Source of the DNA: the human T2T-CHM13v2.0 reference genome, Homo sapiens
Length of the DNA: 64,000 nt
Direction: 5' to 3' (one strand)
Assembly: GCF_009914755.1 (NCBI RefSeq)
Contig: NC_060940.1
Part shown: piece by piece, positions 1-15,200 of the stretch
Numbering within the stretch: position 1 is the stretch's first letter
How the letters are laid out: each line of letters starts with the position of its first letter
The notes under the pieces: generated by a model
The model's database searches: none
Told to the model about the DNA's origin: nothing
What the model saw: only the letters and a program-made list of their open reading frames with translations
Position numbers and translations under genes: made by a program

Positions 1-3000
1 TCCATGATTATTCCATTGGAATCCATTCGGCGATGATTCCATATGAGTCAATTCAATGATGATTCCATATGGGTCCGTTCGATGATAATTCCATTTGATT
101 TCATTCGATGCTTCTATTCTATTCCAGTCGATGATGATTCCGTTGGAGTCCATACGATGATTCCATTTGATTTCATTTGATGATGATTCCATTCGATGAT
201 GATTACATTGGATTCCATTCTATGATTCCATTCAATTCCATTCGTTGATGATTCGATTCCATTCAATGATGATTCCATTTGAGTTCATTCGATGATTCTA
301 TTCGATTCCGTTCGATGGTGATTCAATTCTTTTATATTGGATGATTCCACTCGATTCCATTTGATGATTATTCCATTGGAGTCCACTTAGTGAATCCTTT
401 AGATTCTACTCGACGATGATTCCATTCGAGTCCATTCGATGATACCATTCAATTCCATTCGTTGATGCTTCCATTCAAGTGCATTCGATGATATCATTTG
501 ATTCCATTTGATGATAATTCCATTTGATTCCATGCGATGATTCTATTCGATTCCATTCAATGATAATTCCATTCAATTCAGTGATTCCTCTGGACTCCAT
601 TTGATGATGATTCCATTCAATGATTCCATTCGATTCTATTCGAAAATGATTCCATTTGAATCCATTTGATGATGATTCCATTAGATTCCATTTGATGATT
701 CCATTCGATTCCATTCGACGATGATTCCATTCGATTCCGTTTGATGATTCCATTCTATTCTATTCGATGATGATTCCATTCGATTCCATTCGATGATGAT
801 TGGATTCGATTCCATTTGATGATTTCATTTGATTCCATTCGTTAATGATTTCGATCAATTCCATTCGATGATTCCATTCGATTCCATTCGATAATGATTA
901 CATCCGAGTCCATTCGATGATTCCCTTTGAGCCTGTTCGATAATTCCATTTGAGTCCAACCAATGATTCCATTCATTTCCATTCAATGATTCCATTCGAG
1001 TCCATTTGATCATTCCGGTAGGGTCCATTCGATGTTGATTCCATTGGAGTGCATTCGATGATTCCATTCGAGTCCATTTTAGGATTTGATTCAAGTCCTT
1101 TCGATGATTCCATTCGATTCCACTCGATGATGATTTCATTCGAGTCCATTCGACACTTCCAATCGATTCCATTTGATGATTCCATTCGAGTCCAATTGAT
1201 GATTCCATTCAATTCCATTCGATGATGATTCCCTACGATTCCATTCTGTGATGATTCCATGTGATTGCATTCAATGATGATTCCTTTCGATTGCATTCGA
1301 TTATGATTCATTTCGTGTTCATTCTATGGTTCCACAGGTTTCCATTCGTGTCCATTCCATTATTCCATTCTATTCCATTTGATGATGATTCCATTCGATT
1401 CCATTCATTGGTGATTCCACTCAATTCCATTCAATGATTCCATTCCATTTCTTTCAACAATGATTCCATTAGTTTCTAATCGATGATCCACTTGATTCCA
1501 TTTGACGACGATTCCATTCTTGTCCATTCGATGATTCCATTTGATTCCATATGATGATGATTCCATTCGATTCCATACCATGATGATTCCATTCGAGTCC
1601 ATTCAATGGTGATTCCATTCAATTCCATTCGATGATTCCTTTTGATTCCATTCGATGATGATGGCATTCGATTCCTTTCAATCATTCCCTTTGATTCCAT
1701 TCAAAGGTGATTTCATTCAAGTCCATTCGATAATTGCATTCGATTCCATTCTATGATGATTCCATTCGAGTCCATTTGATGATTCCATTCAATTCAAGTC
1801 AATGATGATTCCATTCGATTCCATTCGATGATTCCATTGGATTCCATTCGATGATGATTCCATTCAAATCCATTCGATAATTCAATTCAAGTCCATTCGA
1901 TGATGATTCCAATCGAATCCATTCAAAGATTCCATTCAGTTCCATTCGATGATTCCCTTAGATTCCATTCGATGATTCCACTTGATTGCATTTACGATGA
2001 TTCCATTCGATTCCATGTGATGATTCCATTCAATTCTATTCAATGATGTCTCCATTTGATTCCATTCGACCATGATTGCCTTTGATTCCATTCAATGATT
2101 CCATTCGGTTCCGTTTGATGATGATTCCGTTCGATTCCATTTGATGATTCCATTTGATTCCATTGGATGAGTCCATTCGATTACATTCGATGATTATTCC
2201 ATTCGAGTGCATTAGATGATTCCATTCGAGTCCATTCGATGATTCCATTCGATTCCATTCGATGTTGATTCTGTTCAAATCCATTCGATGATTCCACTCG
2301 ATTCCATTCGTTGACTCCATTTGATCCCATTCGATGATTTCCTTTGATTCCCTTTGATGATCATTCCATTTGATTCAATTCGGTGATTTCATTTGATTCC
2401 ATTCAGTGATGTTTCCATTCGACTCCATTCGATGATGATTCCATTCGACTCCATTCGATTATGATTTCATTCAATTCCATTCGATAATGATTCCCTTCGA
2501 GTCCATTCGATGATTCCATTCGATTCCATTCAACGATGATTTGATTCGTGTCCATTCGATGATTCCATTTGATTCCACTTGATGATGATTCCATTCGAGT
2601 CCATTTGATGATTCCATTCAATTCCATACTCCGATGATTTCTTTTGAGCCCACTCAATGCTTCCACTCGATTCCATATGATGATGACTCCATTCGATGAA
2701 ATTCGATGATGATTCCATTCGCTTGCTTTCGATGATGATTCCACTTGAGTCCGTTAGAAGATTCTATTCAATTACATTCCATGACGATTCCGTTCGAGTC
2801 CATTTGATGATTCCATTAGACTCCATTCGACGATGATTCCATTCGATGTTATTCGATGATTCCATTCGATCTCATTCGATGATGATTCCATTCAACTCCA
2901 TTCGATGTTTCCATTCGAGTTCATTCTATTATTCCATTAGATTCCATTCGATGATGATTCCATTCGATTCCATTTGATGATTGCATTCTATTTCATTTGA

Positions 3001-6000
3001 TGATGATTCCATTCGAGTCCACTCGATGATTCCATTCGAGTCCATTTAATGAATCCATTGGTTTCAATTCTATGATGATTACATTGGATTCCATTCGTTG
3101 ATGATTTCATTCGGTTCTATTCAATGATGATTCCATTCAATTCCTTTCAATGTTTCCATTCAATTCCATACGATGATGATTCCATTTGATTTGATTCGAC
3201 AGTGAGCCATTCGATTCAATTCCATGATGATTCTATTTGATTCAATTGGTTGACATTTCCATTCGATTCCATTCGATGATGATTCCCTTTGATTCCGTTC
3301 CAAGATGATTCCATTCTAGCCCATTCAATCATTCCATTCGATTCTATTCAATGATGATTCCATTCATGTCGATTTGGTGATTCCATTTGACTTCATTTGA
3401 TGATGATTCCTTTCAAGTTCATTAGATGATTCCATTCGATTCCATTTGATGATGATCCCATTCGAGTCCATTCAGTGATTCCATTCGTTTCCATTCCATG
3501 ATGATTCCATTCCTTTCCATTCAATGATTCCATTCGATTCCGTTTGATGATGATTTCATTCGAGTCCATTTGATGATTCCATTTGATTCCATTCGATGAT
3601 GATTCCATTCGAGTCCATTCGATGATTCTATTCGAATCCATTTGATGATTTCTTTTGATTATATTTGGTGATGATTCCATTGGAGTCCATTCAATGATTC
3701 CATTCTATTCCAATCGATGATGATTTCATTCGAGTCCATTTGATGATTCCATTTGATTCCATTTGATGATGATTACCTTCGAGTCCATACGATGATTCCA
3801 CTCAATTCCATATGATGATGATTCCATTCGATTCCATTCGATGATTCCAGTCTATTCTATTCAATGGTGATTCCATTCGAGTACATTAGATGATTCCATT
3901 CGATTCCATTCAATGATGATTCTATTTGTGTCCCTTAGATGGTTCCACATGATTCCATTTCATGATGATACTATTTGAGCCCATCCAATGATTCCCTTCG
4001 ATTCCATTCGATGAGGATTCCATTCGATTCATTTCATTGGTGATTCTATTCAATTCAATTCTTTGATTCCATTCCATTCCATTCGACAATGATTCCATTC
4101 GATTTCTTTCGATGATTCCACTCGATTCCACTTGACATTGATTCCATTCGATTCCATTCAATGATTCCGTTTGATTCCAGTGGATGATGATTGCCATCGA
4201 TTCCATTCGATCACTCCATTCTATTCCATTTGATGATGATTACATTCGATTCCATTTGATGATTCCATCTGATTCTATTCGAGGATTCCATTTGATTCCA
4301 TTCGATGATGATTCCATTCGAGTGCATTCGATGATTTCATTCGAGTACATCCAATGATTCCATTCGAGTCCATTTGATGATTCCATTTGATTCCATTTGA
4401 TTATGATTCTACTAGAGTCCATTCAATGACTCCATTCGAATCCATTCAACAATTCCATTCGAGGCCATTCGATGATTCCATTTCATGATTCCATTCGAGT
4501 CCATTTAATCATTACAGTCGAGTCCATTTGGTGATTCCACTGGATTTCTTTTGATAATGATACCATTCAATTACATTTGATGATGATCCCATTCAATTTC
4601 ATTTGATGGTGATTCCATTAGAGTCCATTCGATGATTTCATTCGAGTCCCTTCATTGATTCCATCCGATTTCATTGGATGATGACTCCATTCGAGTCCAT
4701 TCGACGATTCCACTCGATTCCATTAGATGATTCCATTGGAGTCCATTTGATTGTTCCATTCGATTCTATTCGATTCCTTTCGAAGATTATTCCGTTTGAG
4801 TCCATTCGATGATGATTCCATTCCATTCCATTCGATGATTCCGTTTGATTCCATTCGATGATTCCCTTCGATTCCTTTCTTTGATGATTCCATTCCATTC
4901 CATTCAATGATTCCATTCGAATCTATTCCATGATGATTCCTTTCGATTCCATTCGCTGATGTTTCCGTTCAATTCCATTCGATGATGATTCCATTCGATT
5001 CCATTCATTGAGGATTCCATTTGATTCCATTCAATGATGATTCCATTCTATTCCATTCAATGATTGCATTCAATTCCATTCAATGATTATCCCCTTAGAG
5101 TAAACTCAACGATTCCATTCAATACCATTCGATGATGATTCCTTTTGAGTCCATTCAATGATTTCATTCAAGTCCATTTGATGATTCCTTTCAATTCCAT
5201 TCTATGATGATTCCATTCGAGTCCATTCGATGATTCCATTCGATTGCATTCGATTATTCCATCATATTCCAGTCAACGATGATTCCATTCGAGTCCATTC
5301 GATGATTCCATTAGAGTACATTTAATGATTGCTTTGTTTTCAATTCGAAGATGATTACATTGGATTCCATTCTATGATACCATTCGATTCCATTCAATGA
5401 TGATTCCACTCAAATCCATTGGATGATTCCATTCGTGTCCATTCGGTGATTTCATTAGATTCCATTCGAGGATGATTCCATTCGATTCCATTCGATGATT
5501 CCATTCAATTCCATTTGATGATGATTCCATTCCAGTCCATATGATCATTCCATTTGATTTCATTCGATGATGATTCCATTCGATTCCATTCGATGATTCC
5601 ATTCTATTCCATTCGATGATGATTCCATTCGAGTCCATTCGATGATTCCATTCGAGTCCATTTAATGATTCCATTGGGTTCAATTCAATGATGATTACAT
5701 TGGATTCCGTTCTATGATTCCATTCAATTCCGTTCATTGACAATTTGATTCCATTCGATGATGATTCCATTTGAGTTCATTCGATGATTCTATTCGATTC
5801 TCTTCGATGGTGATTCAATTCTATTATATTGGATGATTCCATTCGATTCCATTTGATGTTGATTCAATTCGATTCTATTCGATGATGATTCCATTGGATT
5901 TCACTTGATGATTCTATTCGATTCCATTCAATGATGATTCACTTCTCGTCCATTGGATGATTCCATTTCATTCCATTCGATGATGATTCCATTCGATTCC

Positions 6001-6102
6001 ATTCGATGACTCCATTTGATTCCATGCGTCGGTGAGCAATTCGATTCAATTCCATGATGATTCTATTTGATTCAATTAGATGATGTTTCCATTCGAATCC
6101 AT
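1..6102 (+). repeat. Macro-repeat unit 1 (6102 bp; phase set arbitrarily at window start)
   Basis: TCCATGATTATTCCATTGGAATCCATTCGGCGA at 1 recurs at 6103; marker ORFs recur at +6102 (475/6577, 3393/9495, 5372/11474). Confidence 0.95.
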
Positions 6103-9100
6103 TCCATGATTATTCCATTGGAATCCATTCGGCGATGATTCCATATGAGTCAATTCAATGATGATTCCATATGTGTCCGTTCGATGATAATTCCATTTGA
6201 TTTCATTCGGTGCTTCTATTCAATTCCAGTCGATGATGATTCCGTTGGAGTCCATACGATGATTCCATTTGATTTCATTTGATGATGATTCCATTCGATG
6301 ATGATTACATTGGATTCCATTCTATGATTCCATTCAATTCCATTCGTTGATGATTCGATTCCATTCAATGATGATTCCATTTGAGTTCATTCGATGATTC
6401 TATTCGATTCCGTTCGATGGTGATTCAATTCTCTTATATTGGATGAATCCACTCGATTCCATTTGATGATTATTCCATTGGAGTCCACTTAGTGAATCCT
6501 TCAGATTCTACTCGAAGATGATTCCATTCAAGTCCATTCGATGATACCATTCAATTCCATTCGTTGATGCTTCCATTCAAGTGCATTCGATGATATCATT
6601 CGATTCCATTTGATGATAATTCCATTTGATTCCATGCGATGATTCTATTCGATTCCATTCAATGATAATTCCATTCAGTTCAGTGATTCCTCTGGACTCC
6701 ATTTGATGATGATTCCATTCAATGATTCCATTCGATTCTATTCGAAAATGATTCCATTTGAATCCATTTGATGATGATTCCATTAGATTCCATTTGATGA
6801 TTCCATTCGATTCCATGCGACGATGATTCCATTCGATTCCATGTGATGATTCCATTCTATTCTATTCGATGATGATTCCATTCGATTCCATTCGATGATG
6901 ATTGGATTCGATTCCATTTGATGTTTTCATTTGATTCCATTCGTTAATGATTTCGATCAATTCCATTCGATGATTCCATTCGATTCCATTCGATAATGAT
7001 TACATCCGTGTCCATTCAGTGATTCCATTTGAGCCTGTTCGATAATTCCATTTGAGTCCAACCAATGATTCCATTCATTTCCATTCAATGATTCCATTCG
7101 AGTCCATTTGATCATTCCGGTAGGGTCCATTCGATGTTGATTCCATTGGAGTGCATTCGATGATTCCATTCGAGTCCATTTTAGGATTTGATTCGAGTCC
7201 TTTCGATGATTCCATTCGATTCCACTCGATGATGATTTCATTCGAGTCCATTCGACACTTCCAATCGATTCCATTTGATGTTTCCATTCGAGTCCAATTG
7301 ATGATTCCATTCAATTCCATTCGATGATGATTCCGTACGATTCCATTCTGTGATGATTCCATGTGATTGCATTCAATGATGATTCCTTTAGATTGCATTC
7401 GATTGTGATTCATTTCGTCTTCATTCTATGGTTCCACAGGTTTCCATTCGTGTCCATTCCATTATTCCATTCTATTCCGTTTGATGATGATTCCATTCGA
7501 TTCCATTCATTGGTGATTCCACTCAATTCCATTCAATGATTCCATTCCATTTCTTTCAACAATGATTCCATTAGTTTCTAATCGATGATCCACTTGATTC
7601 CATTTGACGACGATTCCATTCTTGTCCATTCGATGATTCCATTTGATTCCATATGATGATGATTCCATTCGATTCCATACGATGATGATTCCATTCGAGT
7701 CCATTCAATGGTGATTCCATTCAATTCCATTCGATGATTCCTTTCGATTCCTTTCGATGATGATGGCATTCGATTCCTTTCAATCATTCCCTTTGATTCC
7801 ATTCAAAGGTGATTTCATTCAAGTCCATTCGATAATTGCATTCGATTCCATTCTATGATGATTCCATTCGAGTCCATTTGATGATTCCATTCAATTCAAG
7901 TCAATGATGATTCCATTCGATTCCATTCGATGATTCCATTGGATTCCATTCGATGATGATTCCATTCAAATCCATTCGATAATTCAATTCAAGTCCATTC
8001 GGTGATGATTAAAATCGAATCCATTCAAAGATTCCATTCAGTTCCATTCGATGATTCCCTTAGATTCCATTCGATGATTCCACTTGATTCCATTTACGAT
8101 GATTCCATTCGATTCCATGTGATGATTCCATTCAATTCTATTCAATGCTGTTTCCATTTGATTCCATTCGACCATGATTGCCTTTGATTCCATTCAATGA
8201 CTCCATTCGGTTCCTTTTGATGATGATTCCGTTCGATTCCATTTCATTATTCCATTTGAGTCCATTGGATGAGTCCATTCGATTACATTCGATGATTATT
8301 CCATTCGAGTGCATTAGATGATTCCATTCGAGTCCATTCGATGATTCCATTCGATTCCATTCGATGTTGATTCTGTTCAAATCCATTCGATGATTCCACT
8401 CGATTCCATTCGATGACTCCAGTTGATCCCATTCGATGATTTCCTTTGATTCCCTTTGATGATCATTCCATTTGATTCAATTCGGTGATTTCATTTGATT
8501 CCATTCAGTGATGTTTCCATTCGACTCCATTCGATGATGATTCCATTCGACTCCATTCGATTATGATTTCATTCAATTCCATTCGATAATGATTCCCTTC
8601 GAGTCCATTCGATGATTCCATTCGATTCCATTCAACGATGATTTGATTCGTGTCCATTCGATGATTCCATTTGATTCCACTTGATGATGATTCCATTCGA
8701 GTCCATTTGATGATTCCATTCAATTCCATTCTCCGATGATTTCTTTTGAGCCCATTCAATGCTTCCACTCGATTCCATATGATGATGACTCCATTCGATG
8801 AAATTCGATGATGATTCCCTTCGCTTGCATTCGATGATGATTCCACTTGAGTCCATTAGAAGATTCTATTCAATTACATTCCATGACGATTCCGTTCGAG
8901 TCCATTTGATGATTCCATTAGACTCCATTCGACGATGATTCCATTCGATGTTATTCGATGATTCCATTCGATCTCATTCGATGATGATTCCATTCAACTC
9001 CATTCGATGTTTCCATTCGAGTTCATTCTATTATTCCATTAGATTCCATTCGATGATGATTCCATTCGATTCCATTTGATGATTGCATTCTATTTCATTT

Positions 9101-12100
9101 GATGATGATTCCATTCGAGTCCACTCGATGATTCCATTCGAGTCCATTTCATGAATCCATTGGTTTCAATTCTATGATGATTACATTGGATTCCATTCGT
9201 TGATGATTTCATTCGGTTCCATTCAATGATGATTCCATTCAATTCCTTTCAATGTTTCCATTCAATTCCATACGATGATGATTCCATTTGATTTGATTCG
9301 ACAGTGAGCCATTCGATTCAATTCCATGATGATTCTATTTGATTCAATTGGTTGACATTTCCATTCGATTCCATTCGATGATGATTCCCTTTGATTCCGT
9401 TCCAAGATGATTCCATTCTAGCCCATTCAATCATTCCATTCGATTCTATTCAATGATGATTCCATTCATGTCGATTTGGTGATTCCATTTGACTTCATTT
9501 GATGATGATTCCTTTCAAGTTCATTAGATGATTCCATTCGATTCCATTTGATGATGATCCCATTCGAGTCCATTCAGTGATTCCATTCGTTTCCATTCCA
9601 TGATGATTCCATTCCTTTCCATTCAATGATTCCATTCGATTCCGTTTGATGATGATTTCATTCGAGTCCATTTGATGATTCCATTTGATTCCATTCGATG
9701 ATGATTCCATTCGAGTCCATTCGATGATTCTATTCGAATCCATTTGATGATTTCTTTTGATTATATTTGGTGATGATTCCATTGGAGTCCATTCAATGAT
9801 TCCATTCTATTCCAATCGATGATGATTTCATTCGAGTCCATTTGATGATTCCATTTGATTCCATTTGATGATGATTACCTTCGAGTCCATACGATGATTC
9901 CACTCAATTCCATATGATGATGATTCCATTCGATTCCATTCGATGATTCCAGTCTATTCTATTCAATGGTGATTCCATTCGAGTACATTAGATGATTCCA
10001 TTCGATTCCATTCAATGATGATTCTATTTGTGTCCCTTAGATGGTTCCACATGATTCCATTTCATGATGATACTATTTGAGCCCATCCAATGATTCCCTT
10101 CGATTCCATTCGATGAGGATTCCATTCGATTCATTTCATTGGTGATTCTATTCAATTCAATTCTTTGATTCCATTCCATTCCATTCGACAATGATTCCAT
10201 TCGATTTCTTTCGATGATTCCACTCGATTCCACTTGACATTGATTCCATTCGATTCCATTCAATGATTCCGTTTGATTCCAGTGGATGATGATTGCCATC
10301 GATTCCATTCGATCACTCCATTCTATTCCATTTGATGATGATTACATTCGATTCCATTTGATGATTCCATCTGATTCTATTCGAGGATTCCATTTGATTC
10401 CATTCGATGATGATTCCATTCGAGTGCATTCGATGATTTCATTCGAGTACATCCAATGATTCCATTCGAGTCCATTTGATGATTCCATTTGATTCCATTT
10501 GATTATGATTCTACTAGAGTCCATTCAATGACTCCATTCGAATCCATTCAACAATTCCATTCGAGGCCATTCGATGATTCCATTTCATGATTCCATTCGA
10601 GTCCATTTAATCATTACAGTCGAGTCCATTTGGTGATTCCACTGGATTTCTTTTGATAATGATACCATTCAATTACATTTGATGATGATCCCATTCAATT
10701 TCATTTGATGGTGATTCCATTAGAGTCCATTCGATGATTTCATTCGAGTCCCTTCATTGATTCCATCCGATTTCATTGGATGATGACTCCATTCGAGTCC
10801 ATTCGACGATTCCACTCGATTCCATTAGATGATTCCATTGGAGTCCATTTGATTGTTCCATTCGATTCTATTCGATTCCTTTCGAAGATTATTCCGTTTG
10901 AGTCCATTCGATGATGATTCCATTCCATTCCATTCGATGATTCCGTTTGATTCCATTCGATGATTCCCTTCGATTCCTTTCTTTGATGATTCCATTCCAT
11001 TCCATTCAATGATTCCATTCGAATCTATTCCATGATGATTCCTTTCGATTCCATTCGCTGATGTTTCCGTTCAATTCCATTCGATGATGATTCCATTCGA
11101 TTCCATTCATTGAGGATTCCATTTGATTCCATTCAATGATGATTCCATTCTATTCCATTCAATGATTGCATTCAATTCCATTCAATGATTATCCCCTTAG
11201 AGTAAACTCAACGATTCCATTCAATACCATTCGATGATGATTCCTTTTGAGTCCATTCAATGATTTCATTCAAGTCCATTTGATGATTCCTTTCAATTCC
11301 ATTCTATGATGATTCCATTCGAGTCCATTCGATGATTCCATTCGATTGCATTCGATTATTCCATCATATTCCAGTCAACGATGATTCCATTCGAGTCCAT
11401 TCGATGATTCCATTAGAGTACATTTAATGATTGCTTTGTTTTCAATTCGAAGATGATTACATTGGATTCCATTCTATGATACCATTCGATTCCATTCAAT
11501 GATGATTCCACTCAAATCCATTGGATGATTCCATTCGTGTCCATTCGGTGATTTCATTAGATTCCATTCGAGGATGATTCCATTCGATTCCATTCGATGA
11601 TTCCATTCAATTCCATTTGATGATGATTCCATTCCAGTCCATATGATCATTCCATTTGATTTCATTCGATGATGATTCCATTCGATTCCATTCGATGATT
11701 CCATTCTATTCCATTCGATGATGATTCCATTCGAGTCCATTCGATGATTCCATTCGAGTCCATTTAATGATTCCATTGGGTTCAATTCAATGATGATTAC
11801 ATTGGATTCCGTTCTATGATTCCATTCAATTCCGTTCATTGACAATTTGATTCCATTCGATGATGATTCCATTTGAGTTCATTCGATGATTCTATTCGAT
11901 TCTCTTCGATGGTGATTCAATTCTATTATATTGGATGATTCCATTCGATTCCATTTGATGTTGATTCAATTCGATTCTATTCGATGATGATTCCATTGGA
12001 TTTCACTTGATGATTCTATTCGATTCCATTCAATGATGATTCACTTCTCGTCCATTGGATGATTCCATTTCATTCCATTCGATGATGATTCCATTCGATT

Positions 12101-12204
12101 CCATTCGATGACTCCATTTGATTCCATGCGTCGGTGAGCAATTCGATTCAATTCCATGATGATTCTATTTGATTCAATTAGATGATGTTTCCATTCGAAT
12201 CCAT
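6103..12204 (+). repeat. Macro-repeat unit 2 (6102 bp)
   Basis: Start marker at 6103 and 12205; left-half ORFs recur at +6102 in unit 3. Confidence 0.95.
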
Positions 12205-15200
12205 TCCATGATTATTCCATTGGAATCCATTCGGCGATGATTCCATATGAGTCAATTCAATGATGATTCCATATGTGTCCGTTCGATGATAATTCCATTT
12301 GATTTCATTCGGTGCTTCTATTCAATTCCAGTCGATGATGATTCCGTTGGAGTCCATACGATGATTCCATTTGATTTCATTTGATGATGATTCCATTCGA
12401 TGATGATTACATTGGATTCCATTCTATGATTCCATTCAATTCCATTCGTTGATGATTCGATTCCATTCAATGATGATTCCATTTGAGTTCATTCGATGAT
12501 TCTATTCGATTCCGTTCGATGGTGATTCAATTCTCTTATATTGGATGAATCCACTCGATTCCATTTGATGATTATTCCATTGGAGTCCACTTAGTGAATC
12601 CTTCAGATTCTACTCGAAGATGATTCCATTCAAGTCCATTCGATGATACCATTCAATTCCATTCGTTGATGCTTCCATTCAAGTGCATTCGATGATATCA
12701 TTCGATTCCATTTGATGATAATTCCATTTGATTCCATGCGATGATTCTATTCGATTCCATTCAATGATAATTCCATTCAGTTCAGTGATTCCTCTGGACT
12801 CCATTTGATGATGATTCCATTCAATGATTCCATTCGATTCTATTCGAAAATGATTCCATTTGAATCCATTTGATGATGATTCCATTAGATTCCATTTGAT
12901 GATTCCATTCGATTCCATGCGACGATGATTCCATTCGATTCCATGTGATGATTCCATTCTATTCTATTCGATGATGATTCCATTCGATTCCATTCGATGA
13001 TGATTGGATTCGATTCCATTTGATGTTTTCATTTGATTCCATTCGTTAATGATTTCGATCAATTCCATTCGATGATTCCATTCGATTCCATTCGATAATG
13101 ATTACATCCGTGTCCATTCAGTGATTCCATTTGAGCCTGTTCGATAATTCCATTTGAGTCCAACCAATGATTCCATTCATTTCCATTCAATGATTCCATT
13201 CGAGTCCATTTGATCATTCCGGTAGGGTCCATTCGATGTTGATTCCATTGGAGTGCATTCGATGATTCCATTCGAGTCCATTTTAGGATTTGATTCGAGT
13301 CCTTTCGATGATTCCATTCGATTCCACTCGATGATGATTTCATTCGAGTCCATTCGACACTTCCAATCGATTCCATTTGATGTTTCCATTCGAGTCCAAT
13401 TGATGATTCCATTCAATTCCATTCGATGATGATTCCGTACGATTCCATTCTGTGATGATTCCATGTGATTGCATTCAATGATGATTCCTTTAGATTGCAT
13501 TCGATTGTGATTCATTTCGTCTTCATTCTATGGTTCCACAGGTTTCCATTCGTGTCCATTCCATTATTCCATTCTATTCCGTTTGATGATGATTCCATTC
13601 GATTCCATTCATTGGTGATTCCACTCAATTCCATTCAATGATTCCATTCCATTTCTTTCAACAATGATTCCATTAGTTTCTAATCGATGATCCACTTGAT
13701 TCCATTTGACGACGATTCCATTCTTGTCCATTCGATGATTCCATTTGATTCCATATGATGATGATTCCATTCGATTCCATACGATGATGATTCCATTCGA
13801 GTCCATTCAATGGTGATTCCATTCAATTCCATTCGATGATTCCTTTCGATTCCATTCGATGATGATGGCATTCGATTCCTTTCAATCATTCCCTTTGATT
13901 CCATTCAAAGGTGATTTCATTCAAGTCCATTCGATAATTGCATTCGATTCCATTCTATGATGATTCCATTCGAGTCCATTTGATGATTCCATTCAATTCA
14001 AGTCAATGATGATTCCATTCGATTCCATTCGATGATTCCATTGGATTCCATTCGATGATGATTCCATTCAAATCCATTCGATAATTCAATTCAAGTCCAT
14101 TCGGTGATGATTAAAATCGAATCCATTCAAAGATTCCATTCAGTTCCATTCGATGATTCCCTTAGATTCCATTCGATGATTCCACTTGATTCCATTTACG
14201 ATGATTCCATTCGATTCCATGTGATGATTCCATTCAATTCTATTCAATGCTGTTTCCATTTGATTCCATTCGACCATGATTGCCTTTGATTCCATTCAAT
14301 GACTCCATTCGGTTCCTTTTGATGATGATTCCGTTCGATTCCATTTCATTATTCCATTTGATTCCATTGGATGAGTCCATTCGATTACATTCGATGATTA
14401 TTCCATTCGAGTGCATTAGATGATTCCATTCGAGTCCATTCGATGATTCCATTCGATTCCATTCGATGTTGATTCTGTTCAAATCCATTCGATGATTCCA
14501 CTCGATTCCATTCGATGACTCCAGTTGATCCCATTCGATGATTTCCTTTGATTCCCTTTGATGATCATTCCATTTGATTCAATTCGGTGATTTCATTTGA
14601 TTCCATTCAGTGATGTTTCCATTCGACTCCATTCGATGATGATTCCATTCGACTCCATTCGATTATGATTTCATTCAATTCCATTCGATAATGATTCCCT
14701 TCGAGTCCATTCGATGATTCCATTCGATTCCATTCAACGATGATTTGATTCGTGTCCATTCGATGATTCCATTTGATTCCACTTGATGATGATTCCATTC
14801 GAGTCCATTTGATGATTCCATTCAATTCCATTCTCCGATGATTTCTTTTGAGCCCATTCAATGCTTCCACTCGATTCCATATGATGATGACTCCATTCGA
14901 TGAAATTCGATGATGATTCCCTTCGCTTGCATTCGATGATGATTCCACTTGAGTCCATTAGAAGATTCTATTCAATTACATTCCATGACGATTCCGTTCG
15001 AGTCCATTTGATGATTCCATTAGACTCCATTCGACGATGATTCCATTCGATGTTATTCGATGATTCCATTCGATCTCATTCGATGATGATTCCATTCAAC
15101 TCCATTCGATGTTTCCATTCGAGTTCATTCTATTATTCCATTAGATTCCATTCGATGATGATTCCATTCGATTCCATTTGATGATTGCATTCTATTTCAT

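Noticed and set aside
8002-8187. Plus-strand 61 aa ORF (also 14104 and 38479)
   Set aside because: Chance stop-free frame within satellite sequence, restricted to type-B units; no coding features.
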